Virus record (IMG/VR): IMGVR_UViG_3300020045_010094
Location: 1-49,522 of that record
DNA length: 49,522 bases
Reading direction: 5' to 3' (one strand)
From: a virus
Taxonomy: Duplodnaviria; Caudoviricetes
The notes under the pieces are model-generated. The model was not told the origin of the DNA. It saw only the letters and a list, made by a program, of their open reading frames with translations, and did no database searches. This document shows, piece after piece, positions 1 through 9,298 of this stretch. Position numbers and translations under genes: made by a program. Position 1 is the first letter of the stretch, and each line of letters starts with the position of its first letter.

Positions 1-121
1 AAGCAATCGTCAGACCCGCATCTTCTTTTGCCATTTCAGCAACAAGATCGATAATTTCGTCGTCTATGCAATATTCTTCATCTTCCATATTCATTCCTGC
101 CCTGCGGGCTGTTGGTTAACT
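1..121. repeat. Terminal direct repeat, copy 1 (circular assembly overlap)
   Basis: 1-121 is identical to 49402-49522 and falls inside ORF 49274..49495. Confidence 0.95.
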
Positions 122-337
122 ATTTACGCTAGCGATGGCTTCTTTAAGTTTCGATCTGTCAACCCAAATAACAATCGCCTCTTTGTGCATGTTTTCGGCT
201 AGCGATCTAAATTTAGACTCAAGATACTGGTCGCTGCCTTTTCCTTTGATTGATAGGTCGCAATGGCCATGCGTCATAAACTGCATCTGCATATCGCCAA
301 GATCAATCGCATTAATCAAATCTTTTAGTGTTGCCAT
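116..337 (-). CDS. hypothetical protein
   Basis: 73-aa ORF with AGGAG RBS, in a run of minus-strand small genes. Confidence 0.7.
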   Translation of the reverse strand: MATLKDLINAIDLGDMQMQFMTHGHCDLSIKGKGSDQYLESKFRSLAENMHKEAIVIWVDRSKLKEAIASVNS

Positions 338-370
338 GTGTACTCCTAGCCCTGTGTGGGCTGGTTAAAA

Positions 371-631
371 TTAACTACGCCAACCTTCGGCAACCATCAC
401 ATCTTTATGGTTGCTTGTGCCATCCAAAACCATACTGGTGATGAAGTAGTGATTATTCTTGCGGTTGTAGACGATTTCTTCGCGAGCGGTACCCGCATTA
501 ATGACCAACTTTGCTTGCGTACAAATAAATCTACCAGCCATCATGATCTGCAGCCAATCGCCAACCTGAATTTGACCGGCTCGATTCAGCGGTTTCCACT
601 TCTCAATCACTTCCGGCGATACTGTGGTCAT
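371..631 (-). CDS. hypothetical protein
   Basis: 86-aa ORF with ATGA overlap to the upstream gene. Confidence 0.7.
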   Translation of the reverse strand: MTTVSPEVIEKWKPLNRAGQIQVGDWLQIMMAGRFICTQAKLVINAGTAREEIVYNRKNNHYFITSMVLDGTSNHKDVMVAEGWRS

Positions 632-873
632 AGGTCACCTTCTGGCTCATCCTCAAGATGATCAATTTCCAAATCGGACATATCTACAAAATCAGGATCA
701 TCTTTTTGGTACACGCAATTGACAACATTGCTATGTGTTATCACGCGATTCATTGCGTCGATAAGTTCGTCTTTATCATGTAGCTGCATGTTCATTGCGT
801 CTTTAACAAGCTCGCGCAAATCGGCGACATCATTGCTTAACTGGCGACGAAAACCATTCATTGAGAATTTCAC
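628..873 (-). CDS. hypothetical protein
   Basis: 81-aa acidic ORF, tightly packed. Confidence 0.7.
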   Translation of the reverse strand: MKFSMNGFRRQLSNDVADLRELVKDAMNMQLHDKDELIDAMNRVITHSNVVNCVYQKDDPDFVDMSDLEIDHLEDEPEGDL

Positions 874-874
874 A

Positions 875-1081
875 TCAACCCCCTACGCTTTCATGCGGAG
901 TCCACATTAATTTAGCCTGCTCGATTGTATCGGCAAACTGATACATCATTGACGGGCAGTCGTCTTCCATTTCTGCATTCCACTCAATAACTTCGGCGGC
1001 TTCCGCAATAGTTGAAACTTGGCGCATATCGTCAACGCAGCACTTAGTGACGTACTTGCCTATCAAATCTTCAGGATTCAT
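875..1081 (-). CDS. hypothetical protein
   Basis: 68-aa ORF, tightly packed. Confidence 0.65.
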   Translation of the reverse strand: MNPEDLIGKYVTKCCVDDMRQVSTIAEAAEVIEWNAEMEDDCPSMMYQFADTIEQAKLMWTPHESVGG

Positions 1082-1183
1082 AAAACCCCCGCCATTCTAA
1101 GCAGCTCAGCCGATGCGCTAACCAGCAAGCCAAGGCCAATAGCAAATGTACCGCTGAAAAATACAAAAAAGTTTATTGCGCAT
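1078..1183 (-). pseudogene. small membrane peptide gene with apparent 1-nt frameshift in a T6 run
   Basis: ATG at 1183 with GAGG RBS. Removing one T gives MRNKLFVFFSGTFAIGLGLLVSASAELLRMAGVL, ending in an ATGA overlap with the next gene. Confidence 0.4.
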
Positions 1184-2111
1184 TTTTGGCCTCGTTTAGC
1201 TTGTTGAGTAGGGCGCGGCCAAGCCTAGGGAGCCACTTATCAAATTTGAAACGGCCTAAATTAGCTTCGTATTCAAATGCAGAGTTAATTATCTCCCGCG
1301 CATCCTGCTCGGTGATGCGGGGTGATGTACTATTTCTCGCACATAACCATTCATCATCACCTACCTCTACATCAGCCCATGGGATTGCAACTATCTCGCC
1401 ATTGTGCCAGCGGCAAGTGATATTACCCGCAATGTCGGCGTCTTCTTTTTTCGGCAATCTCTCGGCGCAGTTAATCCAATCAGGCACCGCCACTGCTGGC
1501 GATTGCTGCAAAAGTGGCTTTCCAGTTTCACGTACAATTTGCGCCACCTGACCAACTACATCGCATAGGCTTGCCTGCTTTGCTGCACTGTCACCATTGA
1601 GCAAGACGTCAAGCTCTCGCACTAGCTCACGATGACTGGCCAGCACTTCTTCGTAGTCGCTTACGCTTGGCGATTGACGCGCGGGGATTTGCTGCAAATA
1701 AACCGCATGGCGACCATCCATTAAGTCATCAACACCTTCGCCAGCTATGAATATATATCCATGCTCGGTATCGACCTGAATATAGCCAATCGACTCTGGC
1801 GTGCGCGCCGTTAATTGCTGCACAAGCTCACCATTGGAACGCTTTAGCTGCTCATTTTCAGCGATGAGTGCGCGCATCTTTTCTTCTTGTGATAATGCTG
1901 GCGTAGGGTAATCCGCATCGGTGATATTTACATCAGCAATAGAAAGTAGCGATTCATTAAGGATATGTCCATCACCGGCAACCTCGATGGGAATTTGACT
2001 TACAAAAAATGCAAGATCAGAAATTCGAATTTGTGCATATTCTGTTGAATTTCTTGGCTCGCGAAAAGCTGTACCGCCGCACTTAAGCCATAAATTAATT
2101 AATTTTTCCAC
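1173..2111 (-). CDS. mosaic phage accessory protein with DUF551-like segment
   Basis: 312 aa; WINCAERLP motif typical of DUF551/Ea22-type modules; coiled-coil segments; AGGAG RBS. Confidence 0.7.
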   Translation of the reverse strand: MEKLINLWLKCGGTAFREPRNSTEYAQIRISDLAFFVSQIPIEVAGDGHILNESLLSIADVNITDADYPTPALSQEEKMRALIAENEQLKRSNGELVQQLTARTPESIGYIQVDTEHGYIFIAGEGVDDLMDGRHAVYLQQIPARQSPSVSDYEEVLASHRELVRELDVLLNGDSAAKQASLCDVVGQVAQIVRETGKPLLQQSPAVAVPDWINCAERLPKKEDADIAGNITCRWHNGEIVAIPWADVEVGDDEWLCARNSTSPRITEQDAREIINSAFEYEANLGRFKFDKWLPRLGRALLNKLNEAKNAQ

Positions 2112-2142
2112 GACTTTCTCCTGGTTAATTTGTTGAGTATTT

Positions 2143-2171
2143 AATCTAAACCTTTTGCGCGGTTATTGCAA
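2143..2171 (-). promoter_or_regulatory. sigma70-type promoter
   Basis: TTGCAA-17 nt-TAGATT on the minus strand, upstream of 1173..2111. Confidence 0.65.
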
Positions 2172-2354
2172 TTATCTTTTGTGTTTCTTGCGCCAATCGT
2201 TAGCCCAAAATGGTTTTACTTTTTCTTTTGGTGAAATTGCCTGCTTGCGATCAAGTGATAAAAATTGATGTGCAGACAACGGCTCACTTGAATGTATAAA
2301 AATTTCAGCGTTAACGCACTTGTTGTTAACTATTCCCGCTATTTGTTCGCTCAT
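2172..2354 (-). CDS. hypothetical protein
   Basis: MSEQIAGIV... start at an ATGA overlap with the upstream mini-gene. Confidence 0.55.
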   Translation of the reverse strand: MSEQIAGIVNNKCVNAEIFIHSSEPLSAHQFLSLDRKQAISPKEKVKPFWANDWRKKHKR

Positions 2355-2500
2355 CTGCTCACCATCACAATATGCCATTCCCCGCACGCAATACACGCGC
2401 AAGGCATAGGCCGCTTTTGTTTATTACTGACGCTCATGATCACGCAAACATGCTGGCAGCCTTCGCGCGTTTTCCAGGATTTGCGATGCCTACACTTCAC
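2351..2500 (-). CDS. small Cys/His zinc-ribbon-like protein (49 aa)
   Basis: Manually translated MKCRHRKSWKTREGCQHVCVIMSVSNKQKRPMPCACIACGEWHIVMVSR; CxxCGxWH motif. Confidence 0.55.
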   Translation of the reverse strand: MKCRHRKSWKTREGCQHVCVIMSVSNKQKRPMPCACIACGEWHIVMVSR

Positions 2501-2789
2501 TTTTGCTGCCCTTGGATTGGCTGCGTTTTTTCATAAAAGAATCAAGCTCGGAAACACGATAAAGATTTTTGCCCGATCGAAACCTTTTGTGCGCAGCCTT
2601 AAATGGCAATGGCTGCGGGAAGTCATCACTACGTTTCTGTATCGACCGAAGCGTGCTTTCTTTTATTTTTCGACTCTCGGCGTAATCCGAAAGAGTCCAG
2701 GCAGGGTCTTGATTTACTTTTGTGGATTTCTTGCAGCACCCAAGTGATTTGTCGTCATCGCTAATCATTTTCTTTGACCTTATTGACAT
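2490..2789 (-). CDS. putative HTH DNA-binding protein (excisionase/AlpA-like)
   Basis: Basic 99-aa protein with TLSDYAE...ESTLRS...FPQP...LYRVSELDSF pattern. Confidence 0.5.
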   Translation of the reverse strand: MSIRSKKMISDDDKSLGCCKKSTKVNQDPAWTLSDYAESRKIKESTLRSIQKRSDDFPQPLPFKAAHKRFRSGKNLYRVSELDSFMKKRSQSKGSKSEV

Positions 2790-2798
2790 TTAGGCCTA

Positions 2799-2827
2799 AG
2801 CATAATCCTATCGCAACCCTATTGCAA
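2799..2827 (-). promoter_or_regulatory. sigma70-type promoter
   Basis: TTGCAA-17 nt-TATGCT on the minus strand. Confidence 0.65.
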
Positions 2828-2832
2828 TACCC

Positions 2833-4512
2833 TTATGCGTACCTTCTCAACAAATGACCGGGGATCAGGATGCCGGCGGGGGATTCATCGGCGGGAACTG
2901 GCCAGTAAGCCATGGCTATGGCGTCGGCGAGGTTTGGTGACTTGGTGCCCTCGGGTGCCTTGTCGATCACAAGCTTTAGACTGGCACCGGTATTGGTCAT
3001 GGTCGCCTGGCTAAGCTCTTTCTTGATGGTCTGCAGCAATGGCAGATTTGAATCAAGGCTGATCAGCATATCGGGCGGGTAATAATCGCCTTCCGTGATC
3101 ATCTTGTAAGTGCGGTAAAAGCGTAAGCGCAATTCCCACCAAGCTTGGGCCTTGATGTTTTTGAAAAAATCTTTGTTGAATGGGCTTTCTTCATCGTCCG
3201 GTATCATGCGCTCGTCTGGATCAAGCACGCCGGCCGCCGCATTCCATGGAACAAACGTCATACCATCAGGCATCAGGCCTTCATCACCAAGCCTATTCGC
3301 CTCAGCCTTAACCCCGGAACCAACCCCAATGCAGTCGTATTGGAGCGCGATCTCGCCAAGCCCAGCACATTCCTGCAGCGCGTGCCTGGTTGTCACACCG
3401 GTATCACGCTCGCCCCATTGCTCAGCAGATGCCAACAAAATTCCGCGACGCTTTGCCAGTGCGTTGCGATCATTCCCACCGTCTGCAACGTCCAGCGCTG
3501 CGCCCCAAGCACCGGTAATCGGTATGCCAAGCTTGATGTGCGCATCAACAGCAGCCTCCACCCATTCGGCCGGTATGACTACGCCCAGCACGGAGGCCGA
3601 ATAGCTACGCTCGACTTCCTGCGCGAACTTATGCAGCAAGCCATCGGCCTCGGCTTTCTTTTTCCGCATATCGTACCAATCCTGGTTTTTGGCAGGATGA
3701 TCCCGCCAATCCATTACAAATACCCGAGTGCGTCCGCGCTCCATCTCGATGCCGGGCGCCCAGTCTTGGCCATTCTCACGGCGCCGATGAAATACGTTAC
3801 CCAAGCCGTTTACCGATGAGATATCGATCTGCACGTTGGTGTTATCACCCAGGGATGCTTCGATCAATTCCGCGCGCGGGTAATGCGCAGACTCGTCTTT
3901 GAAATAAATCTTTTTACGACCACCGCGCCCGATATTGTCGCCAGACTCGCCGGTAATCGTTGCGCCGTTTTCCGGGTTAATGAATTTCATGAACGTCATG
4001 TGTTCTTTTTCATTGAAGCCGGCAGGCAGGAAAAACTTTGGCAGGCGGCGCAATATCATGCGCATTTTTTCAAATATCGAATCGGCGTCACCAATGCGAT
4101 CGACCAAATCCTCTTTGCGACTACCCCATCCCACAGACGCACCAGGCATGAATAGCCACATCCAGACGCTGAATGCACAGCAAACCCAGGACGCGCCCAT
4201 ATCGCGGCATTTCTCGATTAAACCGCATTCTTGATCATCAAGGCAGGACATCAGGAAGTTAACCAAATCCTCTTGGCGCTCAAAGCATATGAGCGGAACA
4301 GAAGCGGGCACGCCGGTACCAGCTTTTCTAGGATCGTAGGTGTCTACCCAGTGGTTTATGAATTCGGCCGGCCGCGTGCGGTAGTACTCTTTTGACCCGG
4401 TAATCATCACCGGGTTATTGCGGATTTTTAGAACCTGGGCCTGCCGCCATTGCCAGGCTTCTACATAGTTTGGCGGCCAATTGGCTTTAGTTGTCGTTGA
4501 CGGTGCTGGCAT
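2833..4512 (-). CDS. terL: terminase large subunit
   Basis: 559 aa; EKCRDMGAS Walker-A-like motif, YFKDESAH Walker B, ISSVNG coupling motif, ALDVADGGND and SPNLADA RNase H-like nuclease motifs. Confidence 0.92.
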   Translation of the reverse strand: MPAPSTTTKANWPPNYVEAWQWRQAQVLKIRNNPVMITGSKEYYRTRPAEFINHWVDTYDPRKAGTGVPASVPLICFERQEDLVNFLMSCLDDQECGLIEKCRDMGASWVCCAFSVWMWLFMPGASVGWGSRKEDLVDRIGDADSIFEKMRMILRRLPKFFLPAGFNEKEHMTFMKFINPENGATITGESGDNIGRGGRKKIYFKDESAHYPRAELIEASLGDNTNVQIDISSVNGLGNVFHRRRENGQDWAPGIEMERGRTRVFVMDWRDHPAKNQDWYDMRKKKAEADGLLHKFAQEVERSYSASVLGVVIPAEWVEAAVDAHIKLGIPITGAWGAALDVADGGNDRNALAKRRGILLASAEQWGERDTGVTTRHALQECAGLGEIALQYDCIGVGSGVKAEANRLGDEGLMPDGMTFVPWNAAAGVLDPDERMIPDDEESPFNKDFFKNIKAQAWWELRLRFYRTYKMITEGDYYPPDMLISLDSNLPLLQTIKKELSQATMTNTGASLKLVIDKAPEGTKSPNLADAIAMAYWPVPADESPAGILIPGHLLRRYA

Positions 4513-5080
4513 ATGTCTCGGCTGCTTCCTGTGGCGTCATGCTTGTAGTGATTGAGGTTATTGGGGAACCGTCCTTGCCGGTTATCTCATGCTTGCTTGC
4601 AGTCTCCCACCCTTGCATTTTGGCTAGCTGTTGGATTGCCTGTAGTGGCGAATGAGTCTTGATCTTGATGCCGTCGCGGCCAGCGGACAATTCCGATATT
4701 AACGCCATCTTGGTTTTATCTTGCAAAACGGAATCTTTGATTTTCCAAGTCGCTTGTATTACTGGCTGTCCATCCTCGGTGCCTACCTCATAGGTGCCGA
4801 ATTCAACCAAGTCGGCCAGGTCGGTACGGGCAACATTCGACAATCGCTCCAGCGCCTCCTGTCGGGTCATTACGGCAGCCGACACAGCGCTCTCGTTGAG
4901 ATCTTTTAGCCTTGCGGCAATCTTGGGGTTATTAAGCACCTCGAAGGCTTCACGGTTAATGCTTTCCGGCTTCATTTCGGCGCAGTCGTATGCGGCTCTA
5001 TACGCATCGCTTGCACTTACACCCTTGAGGTATTCAAGGCAAAACTTTTCTTGCTTTGAGGTTAGTTGATTTTCACTCAC
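4487..5080 (-). CDS. terS: terminase small subunit
   Basis: LTSKQEKFCLEYL...ASDAYRAAY HTH; C-terminal HEITGKDGSPI; directly upstream of TerL; GTG start chosen at 5080. Confidence 0.9.
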   Translation of the reverse strand: MSENQLTSKQEKFCLEYLKGVSASDAYRAAYDCAEMKPESINREAFEVLNNPKIAARLKDLNESAVSAAVMTRQEALERLSNVARTDLADLVEFGTYEVGTEDGQPVIQATWKIKDSVLQDKTKMALISELSAGRDGIKIKTHSPLQAIQQLAKMQGWETASKHEITGKDGSPITSITTSMTPQEAAETYASTVNDN

Positions 5081-5127
5081 GGTAATGTCTCGCGGTTGGT
5101 TGGTTACCAATTGAATTCCTATCGCAA

Positions 5128-5138
5128 ATATTACCACA
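5128..5138 (-). promoter_or_regulatory. extended -10 promoter motif upstream of terS
   Basis: TGTGGTAATAT on the minus strand; same motif precedes the portal and prohead protease genes. Confidence 0.5.
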
Positions 5139-5158
5139 AACGGGTGAATCAATGCCAA

Positions 5159-5756
5159 AAGGTAGGTTTTTATGGAATCTACCCGTTTTGGGTAGGGTCA
5201 CGGGAGGCGTTCGGGTAGGTCATTAAAACTATAAGCCATTGATTTTAAAGGAAGATGTATAAAAACGGGTAGATTGGGTAGGTGGTACCCATATCCCCAT
5301 ACATACCCCAAGCATGCCCATATGCCAAAAAATTATAAAAATCATAGAAAATTCTGAAAACGCGACCCCCATACCTGATCTACCCGCTGTGCCCCAAGTG
5401 TAGAGAGATAGAGTAAAAATAAAATAATGTAAGCCCCTGTAATATAAAGATATTTTTATTATTATTATTATTATTCTATATACAACCCCTTATTTTTTAA
5501 TCTACCCGTTGGCATACCCGCTACCCTACCCATTTGGGTAGATTAATTTGGCGCGATTTGGGGTTTTAATTACTTTTTGGAAAATCAGAAGTTTTGAAAA
5601 TCAATTATATGCTAGCGCTTACTAACCTATAGATTTTGGCTATACCTGAAAATATTTATCGATTAGGTCTAATTATTTTTGTGGGAATGCTATTGCGGGT
5701 ATTCTTTTGCAATGCTATTGTAGTGTTTCAATGAAGCCAAAACAGGAAAAATCACG
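5159..5756. other. putative replication origin / divergent control region
   Basis: Largest non-coding gap. AATCTACCCGTT at 5176 and 5499, inverted at 5264; ATCTACCCG at 5378; many further GGGTAG/CTACCC; AT-rich core with (ATT)6 at 5458-5475. Confidence 0.6.
5693..5721 (+). promoter_or_regulatory. sigma70-type promoter of the early arm
   Basis: TTGCGG-17 nt-TATTGT, upstream of 5757. Confidence 0.55.
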
Positions 5757-6140
5757 ATGACAGAATCCGAATGGATGAACCAAATACGCGCAAATCGCTT
5801 CCAGTGGATGAATGACGACCAGTGGGAATGCTATTTGATGCTGTGCGATCTTTACGGCGGCGACCACCATGTTTTCGGAATAGTCCGCGAAGCAGGCCGC
5901 ACAGGGATTAACATCAATACCCGCCAGACTGGCTCAATGGCTACTTTTGATTTCTGCATGCTTACGCGCGCCGTACTTCTGGCTCATGACCGCTTGATCC
6001 GTTTTTCAATAGAGCCGAGCGCGCCCGGAATGCTTCGCCTTTGCCTTCATAAGCGCCACCTGCGCGAAGGCCGCATGCATGAGCGTCACCCAACAATGGA
6101 AGAACACATTCAAATACTACGCGGAGAAATCAATCAATGA
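5757..6140 (+). CDS. conserved phage hypothetical protein
   Basis: 127 aa; MATFDFCMLTRAVLLAHDRLIR motif recurrent in phage proteins. Confidence 0.75.
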   Translation: MTESEWMNQIRANRFQWMNDDQWECYLMLCDLYGGDHHVFGIVREAGRTGININTRQTGSMATFDFCMLTRAVLLAHDRLIRFSIEPSAPGMLRLCLHKRHLREGRMHERHPTMEEHIQILRGEINQ

Positions 6141-6562
6141 GCAATAAACCCAATGATGGCGGCACTGCATACCCATTCACCGGCTGCGGCACGGATGGCA
6201 TGGCGATGCGCGATTACTTTGCGGCCAAGGCTATGCAGGCGATGATTACCGGCAAGAGCTCAAGCAGCTATAAGCAAACCAGCAGCAATGCCTATGAGCT
6301 TGCCGACGCCATGCTTGCCGCGCGCAGCAATGGTAGCGGTGAGGTTTCTGATGGGCACAGCGCATGCCTTAAAAACCAGGTTGAGCTGACTAAAAAGCTA
6401 AATGATACGCGCGCAGCATTGGTAAGCTTGATTGAAGCGCAGCGTCCCGTATCAAACACAGCCTTCAATCTTGGGCAAGACAGCAAGCAATGGCAGCTTA
6501 TCAATAGCTATATTGACGCATTAGACGCCGCAGTTACTGCCGCGCGCGAGGTGCTGAAATGA
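6137..6562 (+). CDS. conserved phage hypothetical protein
   Basis: GMAMRDYFAAKAMQ...AYELADAMLAAR motif of a widespread phage family. Confidence 0.75.
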   Translation: MSNKPNDGGTAYPFTGCGTDGMAMRDYFAAKAMQAMITGKSSSSYKQTSSNAYELADAMLAARSNGSGEVSDGHSACLKNQVELTKKLNDTRAALVSLIEAQRPVSNTAFNLGQDSKQWQLINSYIDALDAAVTAAREVLK

Positions 6563-7194
6563 GCCAGAAACCAGTAACGCACACGCCGGAACCGTGGAAG
6601 TTACGCGGAAACGAAATAGGAAAGAAAATAGTATCTGACGATCAAAGTCACGGAATGATGCTTTCAATTGCTTTCGTTGATAAATACGATTTTGAGGATA
6701 CATGGGAGGCCAACGCCCGCCGCATAGTCGCATGCGTTAACCAGCTCGAAGAATTCACTACCGAAGAATTGGAGCAAAAGCCAATTGGTCAGTTAATGGC
6801 AGAGCGCGCATTTTTGGCCAGCGCAGGCCCTGACGCAAAAAGCGGCGGATTTGCATTTAAATTTGAGGGTGGCGCATGCGGAATCATGGCAGCTGCTTTT
6901 GCTGGTCAACTTAAGGGCACTGGGGCGCCGAACTTCATTGAGATGAATTTTACTCATCCAGAAATTGACGGTCCTATCGCGGTAACCATTCAAAGAGTCA
7001 ACGGTAAATCACCTGGGCAGCTTAGATCGGAGGCGGTAGCTCAGCGCGACGAACTGCTTGCGGCGCTTAAAGAGATTCGCAATTTATCGGCAGCAGGGTT
7101 AAATCTGCATACGCCGGGAGCAACCTATACAAACCGGTTTGCTACGATAAAGCAGGCTGCATTAGATGCCATCGCCAAAGCCGAAAAACCATGA
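6559..7194 (+). CDS. conserved phage hypothetical protein
   Basis: HTPEPW...ANARRIVACVN...QRDELLAAL motifs. Confidence 0.75.
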   Translation: MSQKPVTHTPEPWKLRGNEIGKKIVSDDQSHGMMLSIAFVDKYDFEDTWEANARRIVACVNQLEEFTTEELEQKPIGQLMAERAFLASAGPDAKSGGFAFKFEGGACGIMAAAFAGQLKGTGAPNFIEMNFTHPEIDGPIAVTIQRVNGKSPGQLRSEAVAQRDELLAALKEIRNLSAAGLNLHTPGATYTNRFATIKQAALDAIAKAEKP

Positions 7195-7337
7195 AAAAAC
7201 AAAAACCCAGGCACCCGTGGAGGTCCGAGCAATCGGCAGCGGGTCGAGAAAAGCGCGATCTGGCAAAGCTTATGAAAGAGCAGAAGCCAGCGAAAATTGA
7301 TCATTTGACTGATAAGGGTAAAAACGATGGGCAATAA
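7191..7337 (+). CDS. small basic hypothetical protein (48 aa)
   Basis: Manually translated MKKQKPRHPWR...; ATGA overlap with the upstream gene; fills the gap. Confidence 0.5.
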   Translation: MKKQKPRHPWRSEQSAAGREKRDLAKLMKEQKPAKIDHLTDKGKNDGQ

Positions 7338-8214
7338 ATATCACACACCATGGTATTCAGTAACTACCGCAAGAGGTTTGATGCTTGTTTCGGGCAACAA
7401 TAATACTGTTGATTTTGAGTCGCCATTTGTTTTGACGCACGTGCTTAATTGCGTCAACGCCTGCGCCGGAATGGATGATCCTCTTGCGGAGATTGCCGAA
7501 CTGAAGCATAAAGCGATGGGCGCCGCAGTGGAATCGCTCTACACCAGCAGCCCGGAAACTTTGCAGAAGGCAATAGAGGAAGCAAAGGCGGACGGATTTA
7601 AAATTGAATTCAACAGCCAGATGGTTTATGCGCATAAGGCGGTTGATGATGCTCGTGATTCAGGAATAATTACCAATTATGATGATGATGCGAAAAAGGT
7701 TGCCGATTCAATAATTAATTCATATTCAGTCGTTGATGATATCGGCAGCGGACTCAAGGCTTCTGATGGGACTCCTGATCGCATCATTAGTCGTAAAATC
7801 GGAATCGATTGTGCTTTTGATTTTTCAAACGTAAAAACCTATGTCGGACTCCATGATGTGCCGTCTCGCCCAGGAACCGTAACACCACCATCATGGCACG
7901 AGCTTGGTATTTTTCCGCCGGTTGGTATCGACTGCGAAATTAACGAACCAAACATGATTTATCACGGCAGAAAGATACATGTATTTGCGCATTACAATGG
8001 GCATGCGTTTGCGTGGGATGACTTAGAGCAGGCTGCCTATCATAGCGATGATCCATCTGAATTCCGACCCATACAAACAGAAAAGCAAAAAACGATTAAG
8101 GCGATGCTTGAATTCTTTAATGGCTTTTTCAGTGCAGACGGTCCGATAGACAACGCTGGCGATGTCTGCGAAAAAATCTACGACCAGTTTATTGCTGATA
8201 AAAAGGAAAAATAA
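7327..8214 (+). CDS. hypothetical protein (mosaic)
   Basis: 295-aa ORF in operon; CVNACAGM and PPVGIDCE modules typical of phage accessory proteins. Confidence 0.7.
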   Translation: MGNKYHTPWYSVTTARGLMLVSGNNNTVDFESPFVLTHVLNCVNACAGMDDPLAEIAELKHKAMGAAVESLYTSSPETLQKAIEEAKADGFKIEFNSQMVYAHKAVDDARDSGIITNYDDDAKKVADSIINSYSVVDDIGSGLKASDGTPDRIISRKIGIDCAFDFSNVKTYVGLHDVPSRPGTVTPPSWHELGIFPPVGIDCEINEPNMIYHGRKIHVFAHYNGHAFAWDDLEQAAYHSDDPSEFRPIQTEKQKTIKAMLEFFNGFFSADGPIDNAGDVCEKIYDQFIADKKEK

Positions 8215-8849
8215 TGGAAACCACAATCAAAGAACGGCCTATGCTTTTTAGTGCGCCTATGGTGCGTGCTTTGCTGGATGGGAGCAAGACGCAGACGCGG
8301 CGGGTCATGAAGGTGCCGCCTAAAAAGGACTTTAGCTGGGATGGCGGATACGCGATCATCTCGAAAGCCGTGAGTGTAGCAATAAATATTTTCAATCGCG
8401 CTAAGGGCGTTCCGCTAATGGGTGACGCTACTCCTTGTCCGTACGGAAAACCGGGGGATCGGCTTTGGGTGCGCGAGACGTGCCAAGCGGCACAGGACGG
8501 AATGACATTTGGCGTAAATTACCTAGCAGATGGCAGCACAAAATGGCTTTGTCGCAGTATGGATACCGAATGGCTAACTATGTACGATTATCGCGGCGCA
8601 TCCGGAGCAACAATTCCATCGATCCACATGCCGCGCTGGGCTTCACGCCTTAACCTTGAAATAACCAGCGTTCGCGTTGAGCGGCTGAACGATATCAGTG
8701 AGGCAGATGCAAAGGCGGAGGGCTGCGAGCCAGCTGACTGCTGCCATGCTTACTATCATGGATTTTCCAAGCTCTGGGAATCCATCAACGGCGCCGGCAG
8801 CTGGGAACAAAACCCTTGGGTTTGGGTGATTGAATTTAAACGCGTATGA
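8214..8849 (+). CDS. ASCH/PUA-like phage protein
   Basis: ERPMLFSAPMVRALLDGSKTQTRR, PGDRLWVRET, PSIHMPRWASR and NPWVWVIEF motifs. Confidence 0.8.
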   Translation: METTIKERPMLFSAPMVRALLDGSKTQTRRVMKVPPKKDFSWDGGYAIISKAVSVAINIFNRAKGVPLMGDATPCPYGKPGDRLWVRETCQAAQDGMTFGVNYLADGSTKWLCRSMDTEWLTMYDYRGASGATIPSIHMPRWASRLNLEITSVRVERLNDISEADAKAEGCEPADCCHAYYHGFSKLWESINGAGSWEQNPWVWVIEFKRV

Positions 8850-9298
8850 CCGCCATAACCAAGCAAAAAATGGGCACGCATGAAGGCGTTAGCTATTCTA
8901 TCCAGATAACAAAGGTAAACGGCCTATATTTCCCGCGAATCGTAATACTGCGCGATGAGCCAGAGATTATTGATAGCTGCGAAATAGGCCTTTATTTTTG
9001 CGTGCCCGCGTTTAAATTTAACCCTTTTTCTATAGCTGAAGGAATGGCGATTGGGGCAATCGATGCGGGATCATCGGCGAGCAATCGGGCTAGTATCGTC
9101 TATGTCGAAAAAAAGCTTGCAGTAGAGCGCGACATACTTGCACGCTACAAGGCCGACAGGAAGTCACTAAAACCAATCACGGAAGAATTCAAAAATCGCA
9201 CTTTGCTTGCCGTAGAGAATTCAAAACTACTGCAGGCAATTATAAAAAATCACTACATGAGCGAACGTTATGCAGGGCGAACCAGCACCGAATATTGA
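8846..9298 (+). CDS. hypothetical protein
   Basis: 150-aa ORF with ATGA overlap. Confidence 0.6.
   Translation: MTAITKQKMGTHEGVSYSIQITKVNGLYFPRIVILRDEPEIIDSCEIGLYFCVPAFKFNPFSIAEGMAIGAIDAGSSASNRASIVYVEKKLAVERDILARYKADRKSLKPITEEFKNRTLLAVENSKLLQAIIKNHYMSERYAGRTSTEY

Noticed and set aside
3145-4234. Long antisense ORFs over terL (and similar ones over other large genes)
   Set aside because: They are shadow ORFs of well-supported genes and show no recognisable motifs.
5159-5660. CRISPR-like array
   Set aside because: Repeats are short, irregularly spaced and in both orientations.
8846-9298. Frameshift fusion of the 150-aa ORF with the DUF3987 gene (29-nt overlap)
   Set aside because: No clear slippery heptamer, and an in-frame ATG exists at 9270.
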